A DNA stretch of 64,000 nucleotides, taken from IMG/VR virus record IMGVR_UViG_3300050120_000152, positions 186,001-250,000 of that record. One strand, written 5' to 3'. Positions 62,040 to 64,000 of the stretch are shown here, one piece after another. The translations under genes and the position numbers were made by a program. The first letter of the stretch is position 1. Each line of letters starts with the position of its first letter. The notes under the pieces are model-generated. The model worked only from the letters and a program-made list of their open reading frames with translations. It had not been told where the DNA came from and made no database searches.

Positions 62040-63743
62040 TTAATTCTTATAATGACGATTTTCTCTACGAGTTTTGCCATCGTAGTGATGTTTACGAAAA
62101 TGGTTAATAGGTGATGCAAACAAACTACCCACTTTCATCTTTTTATCGAAAATATATTGACATGCCAAACTACTTAATGTTTGTTCAAATATATGTTCAT
62201 ACATGTCAGATAAAAATAGTTGATAGTTTCCTTTCTTATTGAATAATAAAGGCCAATTAGAATAATGAAATTCTCCTACCGCATATGATACCCCCTTATA
62301 GGCTCCTGTGTAGTATATCTTGGTTTTCCAGCGTAGCTCATCACTTCCTTTATCATCGGGGAAGATTTCATCGCGTCTATGACTGGCAACATTCTTATAG
62401 CCCCAATTGAAATGACAATCGCCAAAGACTTCAGTATGATTCAGGCGTAAGAAATCAAGTTCATTGTCTTCTAGTATTTCAATACTCTTTTGGAATAATT
62501 CTGGGATATAGCGTACAAATCCATTTTTACATGGTTGACCTTTGAATATTTTACCTGATGAACTTTCAGCATAATCAGCATCATTATCACCATCGTTAAC
62601 CAAAAGCATGTCGTCCTCAAAGAAAACCATGTACTTATGTTCAGATTTATCAAAATGCTTGGCACAAAATACTCGGCCATCGTTGATACCAATATTCTCA
62701 CCTTCATGAATAACTTCAAACCCATACTCAGTGAATAATTTTGTATATTCTTTCTTTACCTTGGGGTCAGTTGAGTTATTGACCACATATTTTTTATGTT
62801 TATCAAATTCTTTTGGATATGCTTTTTTAAAGGCATCGGCCCACATAGTAAACTGTTTCGGTAAATTATAAGTTATGGCATAGAATGCTAATGGATATTC
62901 TGGATCGGGAGCCGTTACTTTGTTGGTCTGTAAATTTTCAAAGAACTTATACACTAATCCATTACCTTCAATAAATCGTAGATTATATTTTTTAGGGTCG
63001 CGATAGGTTAATAAAGTGAAAATACTTTCTTCTGTCCCCATGTAACCTGCGTTTAATGTTTCATTCAATAAATGGTAATAATTATCGTTGAATGCATTAA
63101 TGGCATCCTTGTTGCCGCCAAATATACCACCACGACATACATATTCTGTGTTACATCCCGCATATTGATTCATGGCAGCTTTTTTGAACCCATGTACTTC
63201 AACTTGACCATCATAGGGAAAGGCCACGAACATCATTTTATTAAGATGTGGCGTTATAAGTTTCTCAAAATCTTGATTAAAATAGGCATCAAGATTTACC
63301 GTATTTGCTAACCCGCCGTCTACCCACAGAAAGTACTTTGATGAGAATGGATTCGTCAATGATGCGTCATTTAACATAAATTGCTTAGACATTACTAAGG
63401 GATTATACAATTCCAATTTTGCTTGTGTACTACCCGCAAGCCATCCAGCTTGACCTAACCAGTCAGAATTTATCCGTATTTCTTGAGTTTTATTATAAAA
63501 TGGAAATTTGCGTAAATCATCAAGAGTTTTAATAATAACGCTAGTATTATCACGTTTTCTATGTTGCCATACCAACTCTTCATATTGTGGTTCAATATAG
63601 ATAATCATAGGAAAATCTAATTTTAATAATTTAGTAAAACATTCGAGATAATGATCGAAGGGTCGTTTCATATCACTGTCCATTTCCCCACGGCCAATGT
63701 TGAAAAGTCCTGTACAGATGGTTAGGTTTTGTCTTGTATTCAT
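62040..63743 (-). CDS. HtrL/YibB-like domain fused to a GT2-like domain
   Basis: TGLFNIGR, SKQFML..A...NPF.S.YF.WVDGG, GGIFGG, TEESIF; C-terminal NIGIN.GR..YMVFFEDD. Confidence 0.7.
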   Translation of the reverse strand: MNTRQNLTICTGLFNIGRGEMDSDMKRPFDHYLECFTKLLKLDFPMIIYIEPQYEELVWQHRKRDNTSVIIKTLDDLRKFPFYNKTQEIRINSDWLGQAGWLAGSTQAKLELYNPLVMSKQFMLNDASLTNPFSSKYFLWVDGGLANTVNLDAYFNQDFEKLITPHLNKMMFVAFPYDGQVEVHGFKKAAMNQYAGCNTEYVCRGGIFGGNKDAINAFNDNYYHLLNETLNAGYMGTEESIFTLLTYRDPKKYNLRFIEGNGLVYKFFENLQTNKVTAPDPEYPLAFYAITYNLPKQFTMWADAFKKAYPKEFDKHKKYVVNNSTDPKVKKEYTKLFTEYGFEVIHEGENIGINDGRVFCAKHFDKSEHKYMVFFEDDMLLVNDGDNDADYAESSSGKIFKGQPCKNGFVRYIPELFQKSIEILEDNELDFLRLNHTEVFGDCHFNWGYKNVASHRRDEIFPDDKGSDELRWKTKIYYTGAYKGVSYAVGEFHYSNWPLLFNKKGNYQLFLSDMYEHIFEQTLSSLACQYIFDKKMKVGSLFASPINHFRKHHYDGKTRRENRHYKN

Positions 63744-63792
63744 ATTATGATCTTCTTTGGATTAATTATTTATTTATTATACGTGAATTGCG

Positions 63793-63999
63793 CTACAATA
63801 CATCTTCGAAAAAAGTGCTAAAGGGTTTCATAGTAGATTCAAAGCAATCCCAATCTTCATGATACCACGTATCAAATTCATATATTTCAAATTTGTCAGG
63901 ATACTTTTGATATACTAAGGTAAAAATTAGTTCTTCGGGTAATAAGGTATTTTTTGATAAAATATAATTAACTATGTTATCAAACCCATCTTTTAAGAA
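63793..63999 (-). CDS. C-terminus of a second HtrL-like protein (truncated by window edge)
   Basis: Hand-translated ...LPEELIFTLVYQKYPDKF...FFEDVL* parallels GTEESIFTLLTYRDPKKY...FFENL. Confidence 0.6.
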   Translation of the reverse strand, partial: FLKDGFDNIVNYILSKNTLLPEELIFTLVYQKYPDKFEIYEFDTWYHEDWDCFESTMKPFSTFFEDVL

Positions 64000-64000
64000 A

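Noticed and set aside
1-64000. Stop-codon reassignment (alternative genetic code)
   Set aside because: Conserved genes (nrdA, nrdB, topoisomerase, thyX, guaC) are full length under the standard code, and TAA, TAG and TGA are all used as stops.
1-64000. tRNA/rRNA/tmRNA genes
   Set aside because: No cloverleaf with a T-loop GTTCRA motif and acceptor stem was seen by eye; tRNAscan-SE would be the definitive test.

Overview
This window is a 64-kb slice of an AT-rich jumbo-phage genome with T4-superfamily traits: a two-subunit type II topoisomerase, class Ia nrdA/nrdB, thyX, guaC, TATAAATA late-promoter motifs and several homing endonucleases. The host is probably a proteobacterium (inference from sigma70 promoters and enterobacterial-like GuaC/NrdA). 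Layout: (1) 1-6780 is a GC-richer early region of small + strand genes, almost each with its own sigma70 promoter. It includes two mini-pilin-like secreted proteins, an L7/L12-like domain, a PRTase-like protein and several structured non-coding elements. (2) An abrupt composition break at ~6783 is followed by an HNH gene and ~10 paralogues sharing an unassigned 'VE...IEEFT.G.F.Y' motif. (3) Nucleotide, tRNA and topology genes follow. (4) A glycan-synthesis gene set (Maf/CstII-like x2, GT2, acetyltransferase, KpsS-like, TylF-GT fusion, GT25, HtrL-like) is interleaved with modular surface proteins built from Thr/Pro linkers, Delta-60 propellers, PKD-like, CBM-like and DUF285 modules. This suggests a virion self-glycosylation and adhesin-shuffling system. 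No tRNA, rRNA, CRISPR array or reverse transcriptase was seen. All family assignments are from motif recognition by eye; no database searches were run.
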